From positions 1 to 18,328 of the forward strand of contig JBMFKU010000022.1 in NCBI GenBank assembly GCA_049971805.1: a stretch of DNA of 18,328 nucleotides, read 5' to 3'. A program made the position numbers and the translations under genes. Under the pieces are notes generated by a model, which was not told where the DNA came from, ran no database searches, and was given only the letters and a program-made list of their open reading frames with translations. Positions 8,601 through 16,089 of the stretch are shown here, piece by piece. The DNA comes from Caldisphaera sp. (GTDB taxonomy: Archaea; Thermoproteota; Thermoprotei_A; Sulfolobales; Acidilobaceae). How positions within the stretch are numbered: position 1 is the first letter of the stretch; every line of letters begins with the position of its first letter.

Positions 8601-10332
8601 AATATTTAACTCATACACATCAACATTAACGAATATAAACGATATAGGTAAAATAGAGGCAGACAACACAATATATTTAACTATGTCATCCATTAACATA
8701 GTTTCAAAAGGCTTAGGTATTTCCATAAGCAACTCAAATAATTCAAAACTATTTAATATAACTTCATTAAGTCAAGGAGGTATTTCCATAAGTGGAAATA
8801 AAGGATCTATAATATCAATAAATGATGTTATATCAAAAGGGAACATGCCTTACAATACCTACGGACTTTCTGTAAATAATGGGAAAAACTTATCAATTAA
8901 TAATTTTTACTCATCTGAAGGAATTTCATTAAGCTCAATAAACAATATCAAAATTGAAAACGTTATATCAAATGTAAACAATGGAAACCAAGCAGATATT
9001 TATATAAACAATAACAATAATTTAAATATATACAATTTAACTGAAAGCATTTACAATGGCACATTCCAAGGCATGAGCACAACAGGTATCAACATAAATA
9101 ATCTAAACCAAGGAAATGAGAACTTGCAAGATATAAAAATAAATGCATATTCAAGTAATCCTAATGTATCTCCTAATGGAATAAGCATATCTAATGGAAA
9201 TTCTGTCATTATAGAAAATTCATACATTAACTTGCCTTTAGAAAATGCAAGCTCATCAGGTTATGGTATTTACATTGTTTCATCTAAAAGCAGTTTATTA
9301 AGCAATTTAGCTTTAAATGGTGCAAATGCGATATCAATACACAACAGCAACACAACAATAAATGAGGTAAGCCTAACATATTCATATTCTGGAATCAATT
9401 TAGAAAATAGCTTATCTGCAAACGTTTATTTAATAAAGTTAGTTGCTAATGGAAACACTTCAGAAGGAAGCATATTTGCAAACAACATCTCTTCACTTAA
9501 AATCTATGAAACCTTATCGATTGGAGGGTTATATGGAATAGTAACAGTTAACGATAATCCCTTAATCTATAATAATACTATTGAAAATTCAGCTGAAGGT
9601 ATAATGGCAGAATACAGTAAAAATGCAACTATATTTGAGAATTACGTAAAAAACACTACAAGCGGAATAAATTCTGTATATTCAACAAACGTCAGCATAT
9701 TCTCAAATGAAATCATAGGAAACAAATATGGTATAGGATTGATTGGAGTTAATCATGCCTATGTTTACCTTAATTACTTTAATAATAGCAAAAATGTTTA
9801 TGTGAGTGATTCAAACGTTACATATAACACAAAGAGCAAGGTTAAATATACTTTTAATGGAAACAGCTTTACAAACTATTTGGGAAATTATTGGTATGGC
9901 TATAAAGGCAGTGAAATTGATAGCACTGGAATAGGATCAAAGCCTTATAATACTACTTATGGATTAGATAGTTATCCTTTAACATCTATTCCATCAAACT
10001 ATCAAGTAACAGGTATTGCAACAACTCAAGTTTCCCCTCCAACAGTTACGGTAACAACTAGTGTTATCAGTACTACAACTACTAGCATTACTCCTGTTAC
10101 GACAACTTCAATTACTAGCACTTCAACAACAAGTTCAACCCAAGTTGTTTCAACAACATCTGTTTCAACGAGTTCTACAAGCACACAAACAACTACTAGC
10201 ACTACAAGCAGCAAAAGCATAACTAGTAGTAAGGCACCATCTGTTAGCAGTTCATTAACCATAGGTGTAGTTATAGCAGTTGTTGTTATAGCTGGAGCAA
10301 CAGTTATGCTATTGAAAAGAAAAGGAAAATAA
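5629..10332 (+). CDS. Large membrane-anchored surface glycoprotein with right-handed parallel beta-helix repeats and a C-terminal NosD/CASH-type domain
   Basis: 1567 aa. Signal peptide; beta-helix cap YVP..YSSLQDAIN.A.PG.TIYV; many GI.I.N....L.N rungs; NosD-type GNYW..Y.G...TGIG..PY....D.YPL; Ser/Thr-rich linker; C-terminal TM plus KRKGK; abundant N-x-S/T sequons. Confidence 0.9.
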   Translation: MRRKINGSYKQFVIIASLFSLFFIFILTSSPQIVKSQASQTIYVPQQYSSLQDAINVATPGTTIYVSQGYLYNGSILIQNKQDLTIIGQGNVVLNYGGYGNTTIIDSSYITIENINISAGLNINSSNQVNLKNVNVSGVISSPGQTLGDDLLAYNVNSLYMQNVITYWFMPGMTYQTYQGINVTDSSNLTLNNVMGYALSGYGVYIQNNNGLSMKNDYFISTQNGGIGIGIINSTNAILNNVNSNSSEELYALNVSSLTINKMDYSSNYQTGYANITNVNQLAINNANFNGLSISQFFKTTLNNVLDLGSLSINGVGSLTSATLNNISVYQYVDISNLSSVSLNNIKVYNTNFQTSTTYGLYLTNFQNSQITDSNIWGGMNITNGNYLNITGSLIPSNNTYEYYSDYVLFNNINTIALSNASLGGDGVLVSNGNSLSLNNLKGFYLNGFSINNYNSVKFNIANVSTSSFSISNFTSFYAINSYLNSEHGMNITGKTGSSILLKNFNLEADYALPYTDGITIYNVYNFTAVNSVFSSHDGMGGVGIYTDGIPYIYLNNVKSVGWFGHYGGIGIWLVNPIDAIIENTNVTGIDTQTSFSYAMLGQTGIMITGSSKLILTNLIVSSFNDAVNITGNSNGVTLSKVSTKSFNVGIFVGNANTLSLNNINVYVSSESPSYGIYLNNINQVNVSQVNLIGKSNQIEYTNFEINNGKSLTISYLNSNTSGTGPYIGLNVFNYSTLALSNSNVYDGIYLTDVPYITMNNISAGLSTYYGIAIYALSVLNGKFNYVNVLRNAMISSTGMELTGINGKSVFSLNQINSQSDISIDKSYNVSVVNTKTDGLFISNSFVSNVYLADSSGGISFNAVNLVYLTQSSSDGISVSYAKNASLNNLNSIATNQNDNSNGISFYNITYANLNNANSLGWNESSGVYASYVAFLNLNNVVSSGGTGIDVSYTNIINIKNDNVKYGGIDILGYPSSTVTIESIYTNGGIRIFNSYTSTLTNINDIGKIEADNTIYLTMSSINIVSKGLGISISNSNNSKLFNITSLSQGGISISGNKGSIISINDVISKGNMPYNTYGLSVNNGKNLSINNFYSSEGISLSSINNIKIENVISNVNNGNQADIYINNNNNLNIYNLTESIYNGTFQGMSTTGININNLNQGNENLQDIKINAYSSNPNVSPNGISISNGNSVIIENSYINLPLENASSSGYGIYIVSSKSSLLSNLALNGANAISIHNSNTTINEVSLTYSYSGINLENSLSANVYLIKLVANGNTSEGSIFANNISSLKIYETLSIGGLYGIVTVNDNPLIYNNTIENSAEGIMAEYSKNATIFENYVKNTTSGINSVYSTNVSIFSNEIIGNKYGIGLIGVNHAYVYLNYFNNSKNVYVSDSNVTYNTKSKVKYTFNGNSFTNYLGNYWYGYKGSEIDSTGIGSKPYNTTYGLDSYPLTSIPSNYQVTGIATTQVSPPTVTVTTSVISTTTTSITPVTTTSITSTSTTSSTQVVSTTSVSTSSTSTQTTTSTTSSKSITSSKAPSVSSSLTIGVVIAVVVIAGATVMLLKRKGK
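10021..10230 (+). repeat. Low-complexity Ser/Thr-rich stalk-coding region
   Basis: ACA/ACT/AGC-rich codons encoding TTTTSITPVTTTSITSTSTTSST... immediately before the TM anchor. Confidence 0.8.
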
Positions 10333-10351
10333 TTTCTAATTTATTTTTATT

Positions 10352-11158
10352 TTAAATTATTATTTCTTTTCCTACTCCAGCTTCTTTAAATGCATAAGGC
10401 AAACCTTTCCTTAACATTGATATGCCATCAATACCTGTGCAGTGAGTTCCTGCAACAATCTTTGGGGATTTGGAATTTAAATATGAAACTATATCATTTA
10501 CCCTCTTATCATCAAACCCCATAAAATGAAGACCACCTATTATCCCTTTCAATTTATTTGTATTTGTAACCTTTAGGCCATACTCAACTATATTTTCAAC
10601 TCCAGCATGACCACAACCTGTTAAAATTATAAGGCCATCATTATCAATTATATATAAGGCCATATCATCAGGAATCTCATCAAGAACCCCTCCTGCATGA
10701 CTAGGTCCCCAGTTCCTAGGTATATAGCCTGAAATAATCAAATTTTCCCTTAACTTATATGGAGAATCTATTAATATTAACTCTGCTTTCCTTTTTTCTA
10801 AATCCTCTTTAGTAAAGTTAACTCCAGCGCTAACTTCCCCCTTCTCATCTTTTGCCTTAGCTGGAGTGAAGAGGTTTTTATGAGCGATTATCTTAATCGG
10901 TTTATTTCTTTCATCCAAGAACTTTATTAATCCACCCGTGTGGTCAAGATGCCTATGACTTAAAATAACATATTCTGGCTCTTTTACATCAATTTTAAGA
11001 GCTTTCATATTGTTTAATAAAGCATCCCCGCTTAAACCTGTATCATAAAGTATTTTATAGTCATGCAAATATGCTGCAAATCCCCATTCACCCAATAGCT
11101 TATCCCTTAAGGAAGTTAAAGATGTTACATAATTATCAACTAAAATAGTTAACTTCAT
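10352..11158 (-). CDS. Metallo-beta-lactamase-fold protein (COG1237/MJ0301-like)
   Basis: MKLTILVDN, EWGF, ILYDTG, LSHRHLDHTGG (HxHxDH), DD.AL, TGCGHAG, GGLH, HCTG. Confidence 0.9.
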   Translation of the reverse strand: MKLTILVDNYVTSLTSLRDKLLGEWGFAAYLHDYKILYDTGLSGDALLNNMKALKIDVKEPEYVILSHRHLDHTGGLIKFLDERNKPIKIIAHKNLFTPAKAKDEKGEVSAGVNFTKEDLEKRKAELILIDSPYKLRENLIISGYIPRNWGPSHAGGVLDEIPDDMALYIIDNDGLIILTGCGHAGVENIVEYGLKVTNTNKLKGIIGGLHFMGFDDKRVNDIVSYLNSKSPKIVAGTHCTGIDGISMLRKGLPYAFKEAGVGKEIII

Positions 11159-11270
11159 TTAAATCACCTCTTAATTAATTAAATTTCGAGATTTAAATAC
11201 TTTAAAAACAACTTATTATTATTTTAAAAAAAAGTCTTCATATTTTCCAAAAAATATTTCAATTATATTA

Positions 11271-12182
11271 TTATTTTTTTCCTTTAATTATTTCATCCCC
11301 TTTCTTAGCAAATTCATTATCCCTCTTTTCGTATTCATAATATCCTATTAAATTATAAAACTCCTCCCTGCTCATTATTTTATCTAAAATAAACTTTTGC
11401 GTTCCCTTATTTTTAATTTCCAATAATGTATCTTTTATAGACTTCATAGCCGATCTAAATGTTGTAACAGGAAATATTACAATTTTAAATCCTGCCTCTT
11501 TAAATTCTTCTACACTTATATAGGGAGTTTTTCCAAACTCTGTCATGTTGGCTAGCAATGGACCTTTAACATTTTTTGCAACCAATTTAAACTCATCTAG
11601 GCTTGTTAATGCCTCTGGGAATATTATATCTGCCCCAGCCTCTAGATATAAATTTGCCCTTTCTATAGCTGATTCCAAACCTTCAGTCGCCCTTGAATCC
11701 GTTCTGGCAACTATTAGCATGTCTTTTCTAGCTTCATTTGCTGCAACAATCTTCTTTACCATATCTTCTGATGAAATCGTCTTTTTACCTGATAGGTGAC
11801 CGCATTTCTTAGGCATGTCTTGGTCTTCTATTTGAATAGCAGCTGCCCCTGCTTCCTCAAGCTCCTTTACTGTTCTATATACATTTAATGATTCTCCAAA
11901 ACCAGTATCAGAATCCACAATTAGAGGTATATTTATGACACTTGTTATTTTTCTTGTTGCATCCTGTAATTCAGTAAACGTTATTAAACCTAAATCGGGC
12001 ATGGCCAAGCTTCCTGTTAATGCTGCTCCTGATAAATAGGCGGATTTAAATCCAAGGCTTTCAACCAATAAAGCAGATGCTGGATCAAACACTCCGGGTG
12101 TTACCAAAATATCTTCCTTTTTCAGCAATTCCCTTAATTTTTCACCAGGATTTTCAATCCTTTTTTTAAATAAAAATGCCAC
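11271..12182 (-). CDS. prpB: 2-methylisocitrate lyase (ICL/PEP mutase family)
   Basis: YLSGAA, PDLGL, DSDTGFG, IEDQ..PKKCGHL, ARTD, IFPEA, LANMTEFGKTP. GTG start with GGTGA RBS. Confidence 0.9.
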   Translation of the reverse strand: MAFLFKKRIENPGEKLRELLKKEDILVTPGVFDPASALLVESLGFKSAYLSGAALTGSLAMPDLGLITFTELQDATRKITSVINIPLIVDSDTGFGESLNVYRTVKELEEAGAAAIQIEDQDMPKKCGHLSGKKTISSEDMVKKIVAANEARKDMLIVARTDSRATEGLESAIERANLYLEAGADIIFPEALTSLDEFKLVAKNVKGPLLANMTEFGKTPYISVEEFKEAGFKIVIFPVTTFRSAMKSIKDTLLEIKNKGTQKFILDKIMSREEFYNLIGYYEYEKRDNEFAKKGDEIIKGKK

Positions 12183-12290
12183 ATTAACTCACCGAGTATT
12201 AAATTAAATTAAAATTAATAAGCATTAATTTTGAAATATAAAAAATAAAGCTTATATTCATTAATTTCCTCTTATTATATGGTGATATAA

Positions 12291-12365
12291 ATGGGAGGTA
12301 GACAAAAAACAACTCTATTTTCAACAGGTAAGAAGGAAGAGGAAAATAAAGGTAAAAAGAAGTGA
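12291..12365 (+). CDS. Unannotated 24-aa basic small protein (MGGRQKTTLFSTGKKEEENKGKKK)
   Basis: GGTGA RBS at 12281-12285 and ATG at 12291. The stop TGA (12363-12365) overlaps the GTG start of the next gene (GTGA). Confidence 0.5.
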   Translation: MGGRQKTTLFSTGKKEEENKGKKK

Positions 12366-13207
12366 ATTGCAATCAATTCCCTCCATTAAGGAGGGAAAAG
12401 AAATTAATTGTTTTATTACCGCCAAGCATTTTATCTGTAGAAGACAGCCTAATTGATAAAACAAATAAGGTAGGGCTTATTTCTAGGATTTTATCTATAT
12501 TTAGGGTAGATGATGTAGTTTTATATAATGACAGAGAAACAAGAAGATTTGATGAAAAGTTCCTTCATTTATTATTATATTATCAAGTTATCCCCCCGCA
12601 CTTAAAAAAGAAGGTGTTTAAGAAATCTAAGATATTAAAATATACAGGTATTTTGCCCCCCTTAAGGCTTGTTAACCATGACCCTCCCAAAGAGTGTAAA
12701 GAGGGAGAAATATTAGACGGTTATGTTGAAAAATGCGATGAAAAGAAATGCATAGTTTACTTGGGAAAGATTGGCAGAGGCATTTTGGATAAAAAGAATT
12801 TATCTAATAATAAGATTATTACAGTAAAAATAAAATCCTTTAATAATGATAAAATTTTATTGGAAAATTCTTCTTGGGATAATTTCTATACTGGATATAG
12901 GATTCTAAAAATAAAAGATTTTAAAGAGGAAATAAAAAGGCTAGAAAATGAAAGTTATTTAATTATAGGAACAAGCAAAATGGGGTATTGTATCAATAAC
13001 AAAGAAATTCAGGAAAAATTGAAAAAGAGGATAACAGAAAGCAAAGGTATTGGCATAATTTTTGGAGGTCCGCACGCCGAGCTCTATGATGAAAAAGATG
13101 AATTCGATTTTATAATAAATACAGTAGTAAATCAAGGGACTTTAACAGTCAGAAGTGAGGAAGCATTAGCTGCTACACTTTCATTGTTTAACTACTTGTT
13201 CCCTTAA
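12362..13207 (+). CDS. SPOUT-family RNA methyltransferase (DUF171/MTH1/SPOUT1-like, with OB insert)
   Basis: LP.SIL, K.G.ISR..IFRVD, PPHLKK, GILPPL..H, YTGY, IGTSK.G, IFGGP, NTV.NQGT.TVRSEEA. Confidence 0.9.
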   Translation: MNCNQFPPLRREKKLIVLLPPSILSVEDSLIDKTNKVGLISRILSIFRVDDVVLYNDRETRRFDEKFLHLLLYYQVIPPHLKKKVFKKSKILKYTGILPPLRLVNHDPPKECKEGEILDGYVEKCDEKKCIVYLGKIGRGILDKKNLSNNKIITVKIKSFNNDKILLENSSWDNFYTGYRILKIKDFKEEIKRLENESYLIIGTSKMGYCINNKEIQEKLKKRITESKGIGIIFGGPHAELYDEKDEFDFIINTVVNQGTLTVRSEEALAATLSLFNYLFP

Positions 13208-13359
13208 ACATTGTTAACTGGGGAGTTAATAATTAAATAGATTTTTCAATATTAATTTAAAAATATTAATTTATTAATTTATAAAATAAGCATAACATAA
13301 ACTTAAATTATATTAAGATAACTCAGATATTATTTAAAATAATGCATCGGGGTGATTTT

Positions 13360-13540
13360 ATGCAATATGTTAGATTGGGTTTTTCAGAGCTTAAGGTTTC
13401 CAGAATTAGTCTCGATATTATGTCCTTTGGGGATCCTAAATTACAAGCTCATAGTATAGGGCAGGTTGTAGGAAAAGAAGAAGCAAATAAGGTTTTAAAA
13501 AGAGCATGATATTTAGGGGTTAACTTTTTTTGACACAGTT
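13360..13540 (+). pseudogene. Aldo/keto reductase N-terminal pseudogene fragment
   Basis: GGTGA RBS (13351-13355), then MQYVRLGFSELKVSRISLDIMSFGDP...EEANKVLKRA*YLGVNFF and, after a T7 frameshift, DT. This matches the AKR N-terminus (LG.SGLKVS...G.MSFG...A..LG.NFFDTA). The rest of the gene is absent. Confidence 0.85.
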
Positions 13541-13740
13541 TCTCTCTAAATAATTCTCAAAACCTTGCTCTCCACAAATGAAGAAGTTTGTCTTCATAAA
13601 ATAAATAATCAAATCATCAATTTTAAAAATAAGACCTCTTATAGAATCTTAATATTTTCTATTACCTTTATAGATCTAACATCTTTTGCATTTAATTTTA
13701 TAAATTTTTCTAAATACTTAAATATTTTAAAAATTATTTA

Positions 13741-14082
13741 TTAAGGTTTATCAAAGGGTATTCTCTTTATGTATCCACATTGATTGCATCTAATCAATAT
13801 ATAATGCATCTTACCTTGAGACCTAATTCTTAAGCTAGACGTTACACCTGGAATTAAAGTTATGTGGCAGTTTTCGCAAATGCTTCTCTTGATATTTACT
13901 GGTATCTTAACCTTGTTTTTTAGTGATAACCTAATTATAAGATCATTCAATTTCCTAGCATATTCATAATTTCCTTTAATGGTTTCTTCTCTAGATATGT
14001 TAAAAAGTATTTCTATTCTCTCGTTCACCAAATCTTCAATTTTACTTCTCTTCCGCTCCCTCCTTAATTTGCTTCTCTTCAA
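13741..14082 (-). CDS. rnp4: Ribonuclease P protein component 4 (Rpp21)
   Basis: ERIEILF, KRSICENCH..LIPG, RCNQCGYIKRIP zinc ribbon. Overlaps the lig 3' end by 41 nt. Confidence 0.92.
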   Translation of the reverse strand: MKRSKLRRERKRSKIEDLVNERIEILFNISREETIKGNYEYARKLNDLIIRLSLKNKVKIPVNIKRSICENCHITLIPGVTSSLRIRSQGKMHYILIRCNQCGYIKRIPFDKP

Positions 14083-15877
14083 TTTTCTTCAACTGCCCAT
14101 TATACATCTCTATCAATTCTTGCTCTGTCGTGGCATCTTCAGGTCCTTTATCGTCTCTCCACCTTATAAATCTTGGGAATCTAATTGATAAACCTGCATT
14201 TTCTTTTATTTTGTTGTAGCAACATGTATGTAATGGGGATAGAGTTAATTCTGCTCCAATTATTTCTGCAACCTTTACAGGCTCAAACCATATATCTGGC
14301 TCTATGCTTGATTCAACCCTTGGATGCCTGTGTTCTATAATATAAGGCTTAAATAAATCGTACATCTTATTTAAATCATCATCAGTATATCCGCTACCAA
14401 CCTTGCAAACTGTTCTAAATACATCTTTATCTGGATCATAAGCAGCAAATAACAATGTACCTATCTTTCCCCCTCTTCTCCCTCTACCGTAAAATCCTCC
14501 AACGGCTACTAAATCAACAGTGTCCGTCATCTCGCTCTTATAATCTCTCTTCAATTTGATCCACAGCCAACCTCTAACTCCTGCTCTATATATACTCTCA
14601 TCATGAATTGCCTTAACCATAACTCCTTCAGCACCTTCTGATATTGCAGTTAAAAAGAAATTCCATAAAGTATTTGAATTATCTGTTTCAATGTATTTGG
14701 CTATGTTAATTTTTTCACTTTCTTCAACTATTTCTTCCAAGACTTTTCTTCTGTATGGTAAAACCTTGTTTGTTAGATCTTCATCTCCATTAAGCAATGC
14801 ATCAAAAAGGAATGCCTTAACTGGGATTTCTTTAACCATTTTTTGTATATCATACTTTCTCCTTCTGTGCATCAATTCCTGAAATGCCCTTAATTCACCC
14901 GTATCTAGATCGTATGCAACTATTTCTCCTTCAAATATGGCCTTTTCAGCCCTTACGCTGTTTTTTATTGCATCAACAACATCTGGATACATATCAGTTA
15001 TATCTTCAAGCCTTCTTGAAAAAATCTTTACCTTATCTCCATCTTTATGGAATTGACCCCTTTCCCCATCATATTTATATTCAACAAATCCCTTTCCACC
15101 AACTTTACTCAATATTTCCGCAGGATCACTAAGCCTTTCAGCAAGCATAGGCCTAATCGGTACCCCAATCTCTGGTTTCAACTCTTTAATTTTTTCTATG
15201 CCCTGTGTTGCTATTATGGTAGCTATTTCTCCGAGATCCGCTCTTAGATTGTATGCCCTCTCCACATCTTCTCTATAAGATGTTGAACCTCCAAAGTTTA
15301 TTGACAATGCATCTAATATTGTTGCATCTCCAACACCTAGCCTTAACCTTCCTTCCAAAAACCTAACGATATATCTTGCTTCCAATGGCTGGGCATCTCT
15401 TAGCAGACCTGAGATAAGCTTTAGTTTTAAATCCCTACTACCTTCTCCTTGGGCATACGCTATCCTTAAAAATGTATCAAAAACCCTTGTAACTGTTAAT
15501 GGCTTTGATTCTTCCCCCAAAAAAGCCATTAACCCACCCTTTTTTGATTTATTTGAAGAGTATGTCTCGGAAAGCTTTCCCAAATCTCCTATCGAATTGT
15601 ATGCCTTGTTAATCTCTTGCTCGCTCTTGTTATATGCTAAAGCCATTGCCTGTATTATCAGTTTTTCTCCAATACCTAACTCGGGTATATCCTTCCAATC
15701 TGGACCGAGCCTACCTTGAATCAAGTAAACTACTTTTCCTATAACACTAGATGGGGATGCCTTAATTAAGTTAACTAATAGCTGAGTCAATGCAATCCTA
15801 GAAGTAATTTTTTCCATATTATCGAAAGTTTCTGCAACTATTTTAAAGGGCATATCATTTTCTTTTATATTACTCAA
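14042..15877 (-). CDS. lig: ATP-dependent DNA ligase (archaeal)
   Basis: PMLA, EYKYDGER (motif I), FEGEIV, FLFD, EGVMVK, WIKLKRDY, SIRFPRF.RWRDDK. The start is probably TTG 15877 (G-rich RBS upstream) or ATG 15853, not 15952. Confidence 0.97.
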   Translation of the reverse strand: MSNIKENDMPFKIVAETFDNMEKITSRIALTQLLVNLIKASPSSVIGKVVYLIQGRLGPDWKDIPELGIGEKLIIQAMALAYNKSEQEINKAYNSIGDLGKLSETYSSNKSKKGGLMAFLGEESKPLTVTRVFDTFLRIAYAQGEGSRDLKLKLISGLLRDAQPLEARYIVRFLEGRLRLGVGDATILDALSINFGGSTSYREDVERAYNLRADLGEIATIIATQGIEKIKELKPEIGVPIRPMLAERLSDPAEILSKVGGKGFVEYKYDGERGQFHKDGDKVKIFSRRLEDITDMYPDVVDAIKNSVRAEKAIFEGEIVAYDLDTGELRAFQELMHRRRKYDIQKMVKEIPVKAFLFDALLNGDEDLTNKVLPYRRKVLEEIVEESEKINIAKYIETDNSNTLWNFFLTAISEGAEGVMVKAIHDESIYRAGVRGWLWIKLKRDYKSEMTDTVDLVAVGGFYGRGRRGGKIGTLLFAAYDPDKDVFRTVCKVGSGYTDDDLNKMYDLFKPYIIEHRHPRVESSIEPDIWFEPVKVAEIIGAELTLSPLHTCCYNKIKENAGLSIRFPRFIRWRDDKGPEDATTEQELIEMYNGQLKKIEEKQIKEGAEEK

Positions 15878-16089
15878 TTCTCCCCCCTGTATAAATAAGA
15901 GAGTATAGGCTATAAGCACTGACAACCCTGGAAATAAAAGAAAAGTCATCATTTTTGTTTAAGAAATTAAAAAAGCATATTCTCATGTCCCATTATGAAA
16001 ACTTATTAAAAATTTTATATAAGCAACTTTAAAAAAGATAATTTAACAAACTTAAATATAACAACGTTTACTAAATTTTTTGATAAAAA

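Noticed and set aside
6468-10262. Antisense ORFs 6468-6755 and 10026-10262
   Set aside because: Mirror frames; the Val/Leu richness is simply the complement of Thr/Ser/Asn codons.
15878-15952. Hydrophobic N-terminal extension (signal peptide) on DNA ligase
   Set aside because: Most likely an ORF over-extension; the RBS and typical ligase length favour a start at 15877 or 15853.
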